Source: Malacoraja senta
Lineage: Eukaryota
DNA: 64,000 nucleotides
Assembly (NCBI GenBank): GCA_038087875.1
Contig: CM075987.1
Location: 25,670,001 to 25,734,000, forward strand
Direction of reading: 5' to 3'
Shown: in pieces, positions 11,304-23,512 of the stretch
How positions within the stretch are numbered: position 1 is the first letter of the stretch
Layout: each line of letters opens with the position of its first letter
Notes under the pieces: generated by a model
Database searches by the model: none
The model's input: only the letters and a program-made list of their open reading frames with translations
Told to the model about the DNA's origin: nothing
Position numbers and translations under genes: made by a program

Positions 11304-11645
11304 TAAGCAGTTTGCCAACTATTCTATCAATTATTAATTTAATTTGGCTCTAGTCTATGAACTGTTATTGGTGCAGTCAGCTTTAGAGTGATTATTAATG
11401 TTCCAGGTGTTATTGATCTCTGAAGCCTGTTGTTTACAATGTCTTAGAATTATGGCCAAACAATATTCTCCTTACCATCATTTTTCTTTGGTGATTCAGG
11501 GAGTGAAATTGTTCTTATCTACGGCTTAACTCAGCTCCTCTTACGTCCAGTATGACTAGTGGGTGGCCACGGTGGTACAGTGGTAGTGTTGCTGCCTTAC
11601 AGCACTTACAGCACCGGAGGCCTGGGTTCGATGCCGACTATGGGT

Positions 11646-12073
11646 GTGAGTTAAAGGGAGAGGTTGAGTAGGCTCGGTCTCTATTCCTTGGAGCGCAGGA
11701 GGATGAGGGGAGATCTTATAGAGGTATACAAAATCATGAGAGGAATAGATTGGGTAGATGCACCGAGTCTCTTGCCCAGAGTAGGGGAATAGAGGACACA
11801 AGGACATAGGTTCAAGGTGAAGGGGAAAAGATTTAATAGGAATCTGAGGAGTAACAAAGGGTGGTGGGGGTATGAAAGAAGCTGCCAGAGGAGGTGGTTG
11901 AGGCTGGGACTATCCTAAAGTTTAAGAAACAGTTAGACAGGTTCATGGACAGGACAAGTTTGGAGGGATATGGAGAAGTGCAGGCAGGAGGGACTAGTGT
12001 AGCTGGGGCATGTTGGCCGGTGTGGGCAAGTTGGGCCAAGGGGGCTGTTTCCACATTGCATCACTCTCTGACT
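11646..12073 (+). mobile_element. CR1 3' fragment
   Basis: Encodes RLGLYSLERRRMRGDLIEVYKIM and the 3' UTR. Confidence 0.85.
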
Positions 12074-12357
12074 CTACGGGTGCTGTCTGTACGGAGTTTG
12101 TACGTTCTCCCCGTGACCTGCGCAGGTTCTCTCCGGGATCTTCAGTTTCCTCCCACACACCAAAGACGTGGGAGGTTAGATCAGTCTGAAGAAGGTGTTT
12201 CGGCCCGAAACGTTGCCTATTTCCTTCGCTCCATAGATGCTGCTGCACCCGCTGGGTTTCTCCAGCATTTTTGTGTACCACCAAAGACGTATAGGTTGGT
12301 AGATTAATTGGCTTGGTATAAGTGTAAATTATCCCTAGTGTGTGTGGGATAGTGTCA

Positions 12358-12674
12358 AGGGGCTGTCCCACTGTACAAGCTAATTCAAGAGCTCTCCCGA
12401 GTTTAAAAAAAAATCAAACTCATGGTAAGTATGTAGAATGTACGTAGCGGGTATGTCGGAGCTTGGGACGTCTCTTAGCGGCTTGTAACGCTAACGGCAG
12501 GTACTCGGGAAACGCGGTAAGTTCGGGAAGACTCGTGAAGATTTTTCAACATGTTGAAAAAGGTCCACGAGAGCCCCGAGTACCGACGAGCGGCTATTAC
12601 CGTAATTCTCCGAGTACGAATTAGGGGAAACTCGGGAGAACTCTTGAATTAGCTCATACAGTGGGACAGCCCCA
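12358..12674. mobile_element. Harbinger-type MITE related to 6471
   Basis: aggggctgtcccactgtac ... tacagtgggacagcccca; inserted at the TTA position of the SINE consensus, TSD mutated. Confidence 0.85.
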
Positions 12675-13194
12675 TTTGTGTACAGGATTCTTGCATTGGC
12701 GTGGGCTCGGTCGGCCGAAGGGCCTGTTTCTGTGCTGTGTCTCTAAATTAAACAAAAAATTGGTCAATTCAGTCAGTCTGAGGAAGGGTCCTGATCCCAA
12801 ATAACACCTGTACAGCCCCTCCTAAAACATTGACACTTTTGTCTCACCCAGTGAACATTTCCAGCAATATCTGTTTTGATTTGCAATATATAGCTTTTGG
12901 CTTCTCATTGTTAGGCTAAAGATAATGGGCAGTCATCAAAATATTAACATATTTCCAGTCTCGGCATCTATATTCAAGTCCCTGAAAGAGCGATTTAATC
13001 AATGCATTCCAACCATTGCTATTCCCAGTGCTTTTGGAATCTGTGTTTGGTCTTTTACCTATTAACATCCCATTATAACTCTGTGTCACACTTTTAAACG
13101 TTTCAACAGCTTTGAGTAATCAATGTTTTCCTAAACCGTAAAAGAGGTGACAGATTATTAACATGGTATGAATCATGGGTCATTAGCAAAATCG

Positions 13195-13525
13195 GGTGGC
13201 GCAGCGGTAGAGTTGCTGCCTCACAGCGCCGGAGACCCGGGTTCAATCCTGACCTTGGGTGCTGTCCGTATGCAGTTTGTATTTCTCCCCGTGACCTACG
13301 TGGGTTTTCTCTGGGAGCTCTGGTTTCCTCCCAAATTCCAAAGAAGTACGGGTTTGTCACTTAATTGGCTTTGTATAAGTGTAAATTGTCCCTTGTGTGT
13401 GTAGGGATAATGTTAATGTGTGGAGATCACTGGTCGGCGCGGACTTGGTGGGCCGAAGGACCTGTTTCCGCGCTGTTATCTCTAAACTAAACTAAACTAA
13501 ACTAAACTAAACTAAACTCAACTCA
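13195..13525 (+). mobile_element. HE1-like SINE with expanded (TAAAC)n tail
   Basis: Matches the SINE consensus. Confidence 0.88.
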
Positions 13526-14030
13526 AAAGATAGTGAGAGGACATGGTAAAACTAAAAGTAAACATAATAAATATATATAGAGAGTGCAAGAATTAAGAGG
13601 TAAATATGACCGAGCTCAGTGCAAAATAGTTGTTTCAAGAGTCTGGTGAAGGGCAGGGAAGTAGAATGACCTGCCCAACATAGTTGACTGAGATACAAGA
13701 AAGTGCAGAGGCTGGCTCGAACAAAACACAAAGTGCTGGAGGAACTCAACATTTCAGGCAGCATTTAGAGTCATAGAGTGATGCAGTGTTGAAACAGGCC
13801 CATCGGCACAGCTTGCCCACACTGGCCAACATGTCTCATCTACACTACTTGCCTGCAATTGGCCTATTTCCCTCTAATCCTGTCCTATCCATGTATCTGC
13901 CTAAATCTTTCTGAAATGTCGCGATAATACCTTCCTCAACTACCTCCTTCAGCAGTTCGTTCCATAAACCCACCACCCTTTCAATCAGAAATGGATAGGA
14001 CATGTTTCGGGTCAGGATCTTTCTTCAGAG

Positions 14031-14345
14031 TTTAGTTCAGTTTAGTTTAGAGATACAGAGCGGAAACAGGCCCTTCGGCCCACCGAGTCCGCGCTGACCA
14101 GCGATCTCTGCATACTAACACTACCCTACACACACCAGGGACAATTTACATTTATACCAAGCAAAGTAACCTACAAACCTGTACGTCTTTGGAGTGTGGG
14201 AGGAAACCGAAGATCTCGTTGAAACCTCACGGAGGTCATGGGGAGAACGTACAAACTCCATACAGACAGCACCCATAGTTGGGATCGAACCTGGGTCTCT
14301 GACGCACTAACGCTGTAAGGCAGCAACTCTTGCATGGCGCCACTG
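14031..14345 (-). mobile_element. HE1-like SINE
   Basis: Matches the SINE consensus. Confidence 0.88.
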
Positions 14346-14815
14346 CCGGGCCCCACTTTCTTCTCGGTTGCCCCACTACACTATTGTTGAGCCATTGGGG
14401 TTGATCTCAAGTATGAGGTTTGAATTTTCAAATTCCTTATTCTTCAATCCAGAAAATCTTGAACTGGTGCATAAATGAGCCAAGGTGAAGTCCAACATCT
14501 GTCTAGGAGGTTGGTTCCACTTTACCGGGCCATTATCAGCTCTCCTTATGAAATGGTTACCCCTGATGTCTTCTAGACCGGAATTTTAATTGGAACCTGA
14601 AGGGCTACTCCAGGGCTAATCCAAGATTCTTGTTGGAAATCGGTTCATTTAAATGTGAATGGGTAATACTTTTTCCAAATGCTGGGTATTTGGAAAGGAC
14701 TGGACAACATCAAAGACTGGATGTTGAATGAATGAATGAATTAATTAATGTTTTATTGTCACATGTGACAAGTCACAGTGAAATTCTTTCTTTTGCACAC
14801 CCAAGGTGTTCAAAG

Positions 14816-15097
14816 TGCCAGGGACCCAGGTTCGATCCTGACTACGGGTGCTTTCTATACCGAGTTTGTACGTTCTCCCCGTGACCGACGTGGGTTTTCT
14901 CCGAGACAATCCGTTTCCTCGCACACTCCAAAGACGTACAGGTTTGTAGGTTAATTCTCTTGATATTAAAATGTTAATTGTCCCTAGTGTGTGTAGTAGG
15001 ATAGTGTTGATATGATAGTACGGGGATCGCTGGTCGGCACAGACTCGCTGGGCCCAAGGGCCCGTGTCTGCGCTGTATCTCTAAACTAAACTAAACT
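14816..15097 (+). mobile_element. HE1-like SINE lacking the A box
   Basis: Starts just before the B box. Confidence 0.85.
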
Positions 15098-15539
15098 TAA
15101 ATCTCTTTAACCCATCAGAGCTTATGTGGAGAAGATCTGTGAATGATCGTTGTACAAACAAGCCATGTACTGTCTCAAATTGCCTGTAAGTGGAAAGTAC
15201 ATCTATGTCCCGGAGACTCATATTGAGTTGGACTGAAGTATGTATCTGTTAACTTACATGGCGACAGATACTCCAGATCATTCAACTCTTTGAAGATGTG
15301 CTGAACACCAATTAATTTTGCTAATGATGCAAAAACTCCTCATTTACATAAGCTATTCGGTGTTAAATCTTTTAATTCTGAAACCTTAACCAAGTACATA
15401 CTGTGCTTGCCTCCTCCGCAGTTCCCCTGAATTACTGATCCAAGCAAACGTTTTCTTTAAGTCATTTATAATCCGTCACTTTTTTGCATTCGTTCTTAGC
15501 TGAACTAGGAAATGAGCAGTTTCCCTTTAATTTAATTGT

Positions 15540-16010
15540 CTTTAACTCCCCCTCCCATTCCCACACTCACCTTTCTTTCCTGGGCCTCTTCCGCTGTCAG
15601 AGTGAGGCCACTCGCAAATTGGAGGAACAGCACTTCATATTTCGCTCGGGCAGCTTACACCCCAATGAACATTGATATCTCAAACTTCAAGTAACCCTTG
15701 CATCCCCTCTCTCTCCATCCCTCCCCCCACCCAAGTCGTTGTACCAGCTTCAAAGTCGCCTTGTGGAGTCTCATTGTCTGTAACTCATTTTCACCTCGCC
15801 CACAGCTAACAATGGCCTGTTTCCTTTATCATCGCTACTTTTTTAGTATATCTTTCATTCATTTGTTCTATATCTCTCTACATCACCGTCTATATCCCTT
15901 TCCCCTGACTCTCAGTCTGAGGAAGGGTCTCGATCCAAAATGTCATCTATTTCTTTTCTCCAGAGATGCTGTCTGACCCACTGAGTTTTACTCCAGCATT
16001 TTGTGTCAAT
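15540..16010 (+). mobile_element. Penelope-like element 3' fragment
   Basis: RKLEEQHFIFRSGSLHP matches the GIY-YIG C-terminus at 50588; ends in a pLTR. Confidence 0.85.
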
Positions 16011-16483
16011 CTCAAGAAATCAGCAGGGTTGGATAATATGTGGCGGGGAGGAGATTGTGCTGTCAATTTGCTGAAATGATCCCGTTCATCTAATAAAACT
16101 TGTCAAAAGATGCAGACTGGTACTTTGAAAATCTTTTCTTTCTTTTTGACCCTTGCTTGCTATATGTTGTTTGATGATGGTAAATAGATGAGAGATTTTT
16201 ACCAACAGTAACTAATTTTCTCCTTCTGCACGACAGTACGACAAGAAATAAGCTCTGAACTACAATAGGCCGTTATTATTGTTGCACTATAGTTGTCTAT
16301 TTATTGAGTATGTGTGCATGTGTATATATACACACTGAACTTTTTTTTCTGGCTTGAGATAAGCATAAATTGCCTCTTGTGTGTGTAGGATACTGTTAGT
16401 GTGTGGGGATCGCTGGTCGGCGCGGACTTGGTGAGGCAAAAAGGGTCTGTTTCCGCACTGTATCTCTAAACTAGTCTGTCTGA

Positions 16484-16597
16484 AGTCTGAAGAAGGGTCT
16501 CGACTCGAAACGTCACCCATTGATCAGTCTGAAGAGTCTTGACCCGAAACATCACCCATTCCTTCTCTCCAGAGATTACGCCAGATTTTTGTGTCTA
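16484..16597 (+). mobile_element. Penelope pLTR fragment with two tandem hammerhead-like cores
   Basis: ctgaaga-agggtctcgactc-gaaacgtc followed by ctgaaga-gtcttgaccc-gaaacatc. Confidence 0.65.
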
Positions 16598-17637
16598 CAA
16601 ACTAAACTAAACGTTGACCCACGTCTGCGGCAAGCTAAAAAAAACGAAAGCGGAGATTGTTCGTGGAATTCGGAACCCCTTTGACTTCTTGGTTTCCTCT
16701 TTGTGGCCAATTGGCACCATGAAACAGCTTGCAGATGGGATTACAGAGCTCTAGACTGCTTCCAGATGAGCCAAGGGCAACTGACAAGAGACAAATGAAG
16801 GTGAACTAAGTGACAGGCTGCCTCTGGAGCTCAACGTCACCATTCAGCTCATGGGTGACAAGTACTCAATCACTTGACTACTGGACTGCGTCCGTACCAG
16901 AATATGACAAATATTGGGGATGAAGCTGGATGTTTGAATATAGTTTGCCCAGACCCCTGTCACTCACCCCTATCTGCAAATGTCATTCAACGTTTGAGGA
17001 TGGCGCTGACTTCTAAACTAAATTCAATTCTCCCAAACCATTAATGATATTTAGATTTTTTAAAATGAATCTTGGCACTGAAATGCATTAATGTAATTTG
17101 AAAATGCAAAACATGGGGGTTTAATTAACACTCAGCTAAAATAAAATAACTCCACGTGCAAATCACTACATGAATGCAAGATATTTCTATTCACCTCAAA
17201 TTCCTTGTATTTGCAGATTAATATAGACTTTATAAATGCATATTATCCAGACTATATTTATATGATAAATTAGACCATATTAATATAATATCAAAGATAG
17301 ACACAAACAGCTGGAGTAACTCAGCGGGTCAGACAGCATCTCTGGAGAAAAAGAATAGATTACTTTTTGGGTCGAGACCCTTCTTCAGTTGATCAATTGA
17401 TAAGTGTGGGCGCCAGGAGTTATGGGGAGAAGGCAGGGGAAAGGGGTTAGGAAGGAGAAACAGATCAGCCATGATTGAATGGCTGAGTAGACTTGAAGGG
17501 CCGAATGGCCGAATTCTGCCCCTATCACTCATGAACTTATGAACTAATAATAATTCATATTATGATTCTGCCCAATCCATCACATACTAGCAGTTGAAGA
17601 ATCAACACCATAGATTTCTGTTTTTTAGACTTATAAG

Positions 17638-18092
17638 GGCGTAATGGTAAAGTTGCTGCCTCACAGCGCCAGAGACCCGGGTTCGATCCTGACTACGGGT
17701 GCTGTCTGTGTGGAGTTTGTACGTTCTCCCTGTGACCCACATGGGTTTTGTCCGGGTGCTCTGATTTCCTCCCTCACTCCAAAAACAAAAATTAGATACA
17801 AGAGACATTGACTTGTCACATGTACCAATTGGTACAGTGAAATGTGTAGTCACCGTACAGCCATACGAATAATAAAAGAACACAACACACAATAGAGTCC
17901 AACATAAAACATCCCCACGCAGCAGAATCAAAGTTTCCCACTGTGAGGGAAGGCACCAAAGTTCAATCATCTTCGCATAGGTAAAAAAATTGTAAATTGT
18001 CTCTAGTCTGTAGGATAGTGTTAATGTGCGGGGATCGCTGGTCGGCACGGACTCAGTGGGCCGAAGGGCCTGTTTCCGCGCTGTATCTCTAA
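17638..18092 (+). mobile_element. HE1-like SINE with a LINE 3' fragment inserted (about 17795-17975)
   Basis: Consensus on both sides; the insert is homologous to 34665-34862. Confidence 0.75.
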
Positions 18093-18394
18093 AGTATAAA
18101 GTCAGGTAATAATTTATTCCACCTCAGGGCAAACAATCTTTGACAAAAGAAAAAGACTTCCATTGATGAAGCTCACGGGATCTACAGTAATTTACAATAA
18201 CTTAGCTTGAAAGTAACTCAGTATTGTAATGTTTGGCAATGTTAGCTTGAAGGTATTAGTTTGAATAAAATGCCCAACAAGTCCCTGGATGAAAAAGTGC
18301 AACCCAGAATATTAAATGAGTGTAGATTGGTTATTTTCTACTAACCTATTGTAGTGCTTGTAAGTAGTTGCTCTGCCTAATATGCAATTTATAT

Positions 18395-18940
18395 CAAAGA
18401 TCCTAAAGCGAGCAAGATAGTGCACTCGACGAAAAAGACGTAGTACGGTCGTTGGAGATTCATGGGTGATATTCGTCCCCATTTCCGTAACCGGCTTCCG
18501 TTTCCGCACTCTTATCCAAAGCAAAGATCCTATAGCAAGATACTATAGCTTGCTATAGGATCTTTGATCCAAAGATCCTAGTGCAAGTTTAATACAAACA
18601 TCAACTGAATAAAGATTTTTTTTTTTTACTTAAAAAAAATTAAATTAAAAAAAAAATTAAAAAAAGAAAATTAACAGAATTGTAATTTATTGACATATTA
18701 ATCATTAACAAAAAAAGAGAAGAATTATGAATTAACAGAATTATGAATAATGGGTCTAACACTATATCACACACACACAAACTGTTTCCCCGCAACGCTG
18801 ATTACACTGCGAGAAGGATTTACAAAGTCGGGTTACTGAAATGGCCGACAAAAAAGCTGACGTTCCGCTCCGTAGCGTACTACACGTCAGCCCGTTGGTT
18901 TTAGCAGGAGTGCAGTATCTTGCTTGCTATAGGATCTTTG
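18395..18940. mobile_element. Non-autonomous TIR element with 8-bp TSD (P- or hAT-like)
   Basis: 33-bp imperfect TIR caaagatccta(a/t)agc(g/a)agcaagata(g/c)tgcactc; atttatat duplicated at 18387-18394 and 18941-18948. Confidence 0.88.
18522..18566. mobile_element. 45-bp miniature of the same TIR family, nested
   Basis: Perfect 18-bp inverted ends caaagatcctatagcaag with a 9-bp spacer; atccaaag duplicated at 18514-18521 and 18567-18574. Confidence 0.8.
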
Positions 18941-19268
18941 ATTTATATTACCAAGAGCTTGCTTACGTAATTCAGTCTGAGTAGCTGTTAGGTACTGTAA
19001 CGTCCGACAGACTAATGCTGTAAGTGGACTTTAATAAATAAGTGTTGTATTTTGAGGTGTGTACGACTCCACTCATTACAGTCAGATGAGTCAACATAAT
19101 CAAATAATAATGGTTAAGGAATCAACGAGAGTAGAGAAATTCCTTGTGGACTGTTGCCCAGCTAGGGTAACATCAAAACGTAAAAGTCATAGAACGTGGA
19201 AAAATACACCACTGGAATAGGCCCTTCAGCCCACAATGTCTGCCAAGCAATGTACGTTTAGTGTAAGA

Positions 19269-19707
19269 AGATAGACACAAAATGCTGGAGTAACTCAGCG
19301 GGACGGGCAGCATCTCTGGAGAGAAGGAATGGGTGACGTTTCGGGTTGAGACCTTTCTTCAGACACTTTAGTATGCACACACACATTTACTCAAGTAGAA
19401 ACAAGGATGCCGGTTTACAAAGAAGGACACAAAGTACTGGAGTAAAGAAGAAGGGTTTCGGCCCGAAACGTTGCCTATTTCCTTCGCTCCATAGATGCTG
19501 CTGCACCCGCTGAGTTTCTCCAGCATTTTTGTCTACTTTCGATTTTCCAGCATCTGCAGTTCCATCTTAAACACTGGAGTAACTCAATGAGTTAGGCAGC
19601 ACCAGTGGAGAGCATGGATAGGCGGCGCTTCATGTCGGGACCATTCTCTAGAGACTCTATTGGGTTGCTGCCTGACCTGCTGAGTTACTCCAGCACTTTG
19701 TGTCCCT
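19269..19707. mobile_element. Cluster of Penelope pLTR fragments in both orientations
   Basis: Repeated gctggagtaactcagcggg / gctgagttactccagc blocks; fragment 19445-19572 is nested. Confidence 0.75.
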
Positions 19708-19717
19708 CATATTATGG

Positions 19718-20023
19718 TTAGTTTAATTTAGTTTTGTTTAGAGATACAGCGCAGAAATAGGCCCGTTGGCTCACTGAGTCCACACCGACCAGCGATCCCC
19801 GCACACCAACACACCACCCCACACACATTGGGAACAATTTACAATTATACCAAGCTAATTAATCTACAAACCTGGACGTCTTTGGAGTGTGGTAGGAAAC
19901 CAGAGCTCCTGGAGAAAACCCACGCAGGTCGCAGTGAGAACGCACAAACTCCGTGGTCAGGATCGAACACGGGTCTCTGGCGCTGCAAGGCAGAAACTCT
20001 ACCGCTGTGCCAACGTGCCGCCC
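19718..20023 (-). mobile_element. HE1-like SINE
   Basis: Matches the SINE consensus. Confidence 0.85.
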
Positions 20024-20506
20024 TTATTGACATTACTTGAGATGTAATTGCATTGAAAGGTGTAAGGAACCCTTCCTGTACTCAGCACCAGCTCATTAGT
20101 ATCATTATTTGCCTTTTGTTTTCTAGTTAAGTTCCATTTATTAGTGTCTGTGCCTGTCCTTGATAGATCTTCGCTTTTTCTTCACAGATATTCATTAGAG
20201 AGAAACCTTGTCTCCTTTCTCCTTCCCGCTTGCTTTCAGAAGTGTTGCCGCTGTCCAAGTAATTAAACATTCACACTTGGATCATTTTATGCCGAGCGGC
20301 TGAATTGTGCATCTCCCTGTGTTTGGAGAATCATCTAATCCCATTTTACACTTGCTTTCATTGGAGCTGCATCTGAATTTAGCTTTTGGTTTATTAACAC
20401 TTACAGCATTGGTACTTCATTCAATGTGCTTTACAAGTGGAAGTTTAACGGAATACAGAACAGTACAGAATGTGTGGGAAGGAGCTTCAGGTGCTGGTTA
20501 GCCAGA

Positions 20507-20663
20507 GATAGACACCAATTACTGGAGTAACAGCGGGTCAGGCTGCATCTCTGGGGAAAGGAATAGGTGACGTTTCGGGTCCAGACCCTGGTCTCGACTT
20601 GAAACGTCACCTATTCCTTTTCTTCAGAGATGCTGCCTGACCCACTGAGTTACTCCAGCATTT
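20507..20663. mobile_element. Fold-back Penelope pLTR pair
   Basis: About 70-bp arms in inverted orientation centred near 20590. Confidence 0.78.
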
Positions 20664-21923
20664 CGAACATGTGAAGTGAAATGGCCTTCTATAGGCACTT
20701 TCTGGTTGAAGCAGTAAGGAAGCACTTTAGAGGATGTTACTATGTGTTGAAGATTATTACTATGTGTTGAATGTAGATGTGCTGTGTGTGTTGTGTGATT
20801 GTGCAGTGTGTCTGTGAGATGCGTGTGTTGGTTGATTGTGCAGTATGCGTGCTGCTTATGTTTGTTGATTGTGTCTCTTTTTTTTAGAAGCTACTGTAAT
20901 GCGTCCTTTTAAATTGCCCCTCGGGGACGAATAAAGTGCTTTGTATTGTATTGTATTGTATTATTTTGTGTCTATCCTCGGTAGAACAGTACAACACAGA
21001 AACGGGCCCTTCAGCCCAGAATGTTTGTGCCAAACATGATGTCAAGATAAGCTGATCTCATCTTCCTGTACATGACCCACGTCCCTCTATTCCCTGCACT
21101 AACATGTGCCTATTTAACAGCCGCTTAAACGTCACTATCGTATATCTGCCTCCACCACCACATCTGGCAATGAGTTCCAGGCCCCCACTACTCTCTGTGT
21201 AAGAAAACCTGCCCCCGCACATTTCCATTATACTTTCCCCCTCTCAACTTGTGTCCTCCAATGTTGGACATTTCCACCCTGGGAAAAGGTTCTGACTGTC
21301 TACCCTATCTATGCCTCTCATAATGTTGTATACTTCTCTCAAGTCTCGCCTCGATCTCTGATGCTCCAGATAAAGACATCCAAATCTATGCAACCTCTCC
21401 CTGTAGCTGAAGCCCCCCTAATCCAAACAGCATTCTTCCAAGTTATGAACAGGCAACTGAAAATGGTCCTCTCATCGGTTAAAGTGTGGTCCTGACCTCC
21501 CATTTACCTCATTGAAGACCTTTGAACTATCTTTAATTGGACTTTATCGGACTTCAATGTTATATCTTGCACTAAATGTTGTTCCCTTTATACTTGTTGA
21601 TCGCTTGATTCATTCATGTCTAGTCTTTTCTTTGACTGGATAGCATGCAAAAAAAAAGCTTTTCACTGCACTTTGATACATGTGACAACAATAAACTAAT
21701 CTAAATTAAACATCATTTGTACCCTTTCCAAACCTGCCACATGTTTTCTGTAATGGGGTGACCACAACAGAACACATTACTCTCAATGAGGCCTAACCAA
21801 AGTCCTATAGAGCTGCATCAGGGCTTTAGTTCAGAAATACAGCGTGGAAACAGGCCCCGCCAAGTCCACATTGACCAACGATCACCCGTACACCAGTTCT
21901 ATCTTACACCCCAGGGACAATTC

Positions 21924-22433
21924 TTGCCATTGAGGGAGTGCAGTGTAGGTTTACAAGGTTAATTCCTGGGATGGCGGGACTGTCATAGGCTGAGAGAATG
22001 GAGCAGCTGGGCTTGTACACTCTGGAGTTTAGAAGGATGAGAGGGCATCTCATTGAAACATATAAGATTGTTAAGGGCTTGGACACACTAGAGGCAGGAA
22101 ACATGTTCCCGATGTTGGGGGAGTCCAGAACCAGGGGCCACAGTTTAAGAATAAGGGGTAAGCCATTTAGAACGGAGACGAGGAAACACTTTTTCTCACA
22201 GAGAGTGGTAAGTCTGTGGAATTCTCTGCCTCAGAGGGCGGTGGAGGCAGGTTCTCTGGATGCTTTCAAGAGAGAACTAGATAGGGTTCTTAAAAAATAG
22301 CGGAGTCAGGCGATATGGGGAGAAGGCATGAACGGGGTACTGATTGTGGATGATCAGCCATGATCACATTGAATGGTGGTGCTGGCTCGAAGGGCCAAAT
22401 GGCCTACTCCTGCACCTATTGTCTATTGTCTAT
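21924..22433 (+). mobile_element. CR1 3' fragment nested in a minus-strand SINE (about 21825-22733)
   Basis: ORF 21998-22300 LGLYTLEFRRMRGHLIETYKI; (ctattgt)n tail. Confidence 0.9.
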
Positions 22434-22763
22434 TGACAATTTACAGAAGCCAATTAACCTACAAACCTGTAGGTCTTTGGAATGAGAGAGGAAACCGGAG
22501 CACCCGGAGAAAAAACACAGGGAGAAGGGAGAGCGTACAAACTCTGTACAGACTCTGTTATTGTTTATTATTATTACATATTCTGTTGTGCTGCAGCAAG
22601 TAAGAATTTCATTGTTCTACCTGGGACATATGACAATAAAACACTCTTGACGCTTGACACCACCCGTAGTCAGGATCGAACCCGGGTCTCTGGTGCTGTA
22701 AGGCAGCAACTCTACCGCTGCGCCACTGTGCCGTCCATCTCTGGAGAACGTGGAGAGTTGAAT

Positions 22764-22963
22764 NNNNNNNNNNNNNNNNNNNNNNNNNNNNNNNNNNNNN
22801 NNNNNNNNNNNNNNNNNNNNNNNNNNNNNNNNNNNNNNNNNNNNNNNNNNNNNNNNNNNNNNNNNNNNNNNNNNNNNNNNNNNNNNNNNNNNNNNNNNNN
22901 NNNNNNNNNNNNNNNNNNNNNNNNNNNNNNNNNNNNNNNNNNNNNNNNNNNNNNNNNNNNNNN
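22764..22963. other. Assembly gap (200 N)
   Basis: Run of n characters. Confidence 1.
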
Positions 22964-23512
22964 ATCAAAACAGTGTGTTTGGTGACACAGTCGTTCGTGA
23001 CGATCTCAAGGACATCCCAGCACCGGCAACCGGAAACATGTTGATGTCATCAGAGCTGCAACGGAACATGTCCCAATCAGCAGTGTCGAGGGCATCTTGT
23101 AGAGAGGCCTCTGATTGCTCGGTCCAGCGCGTCAACTCCCTCCTTACCGGAACTTCCCGTTTCAGTCTCTGTTTATACTTTGGCATGAGTAGTATGGTGG
23201 CATGGTCGGACTTACCGAATGGAGGGAGAGAGTTGGCCCTGTAACCATCCTTAAATGGTGAGTAGCAGTGGTCTAAAGTTCTCTCACCTCTGGTGTTGCA
23301 AGTGATGTGTTGCCGCTAGTCCGGCCTTACTGATTTTAGGTTTGCACGTTTAAAGTCCCCGGCCACAATGAGGGCTGCATCGCGGTGGATGGTTTGGTAG
23401 CTAGCAAGCGCAGCATGTAGCTCAGACAGGGCAGTGACCGTGTCCGCTTGTGGTGGAATATAAACGGCACTGGTAATGATAGATGTAAACTCACTGGGGA
23501 GGAAGTATCTTC
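22964..23512 (-). pseudogene. Rex-Babar LINE endonuclease-domain fragment
   Basis: AVYIPPQAD, IVAGDF, TRGERTLDHCYS motifs and the RWTEQS...LQDAL linker. Confidence 0.8.

Larger units (their letters stand above)
11562..12750 (+). mobile_element. HE1-like SINE hosting CR1, Penelope and MITE insertions
   Basis: SINE segments at about 11562-11645, 12073-12168, 12279-12357 and 12675-12750. Confidence 0.85.

Noticed and set aside
22482..22985. ORFs spanning the N run
   Set aside because: Artefacts of the assembly gap.
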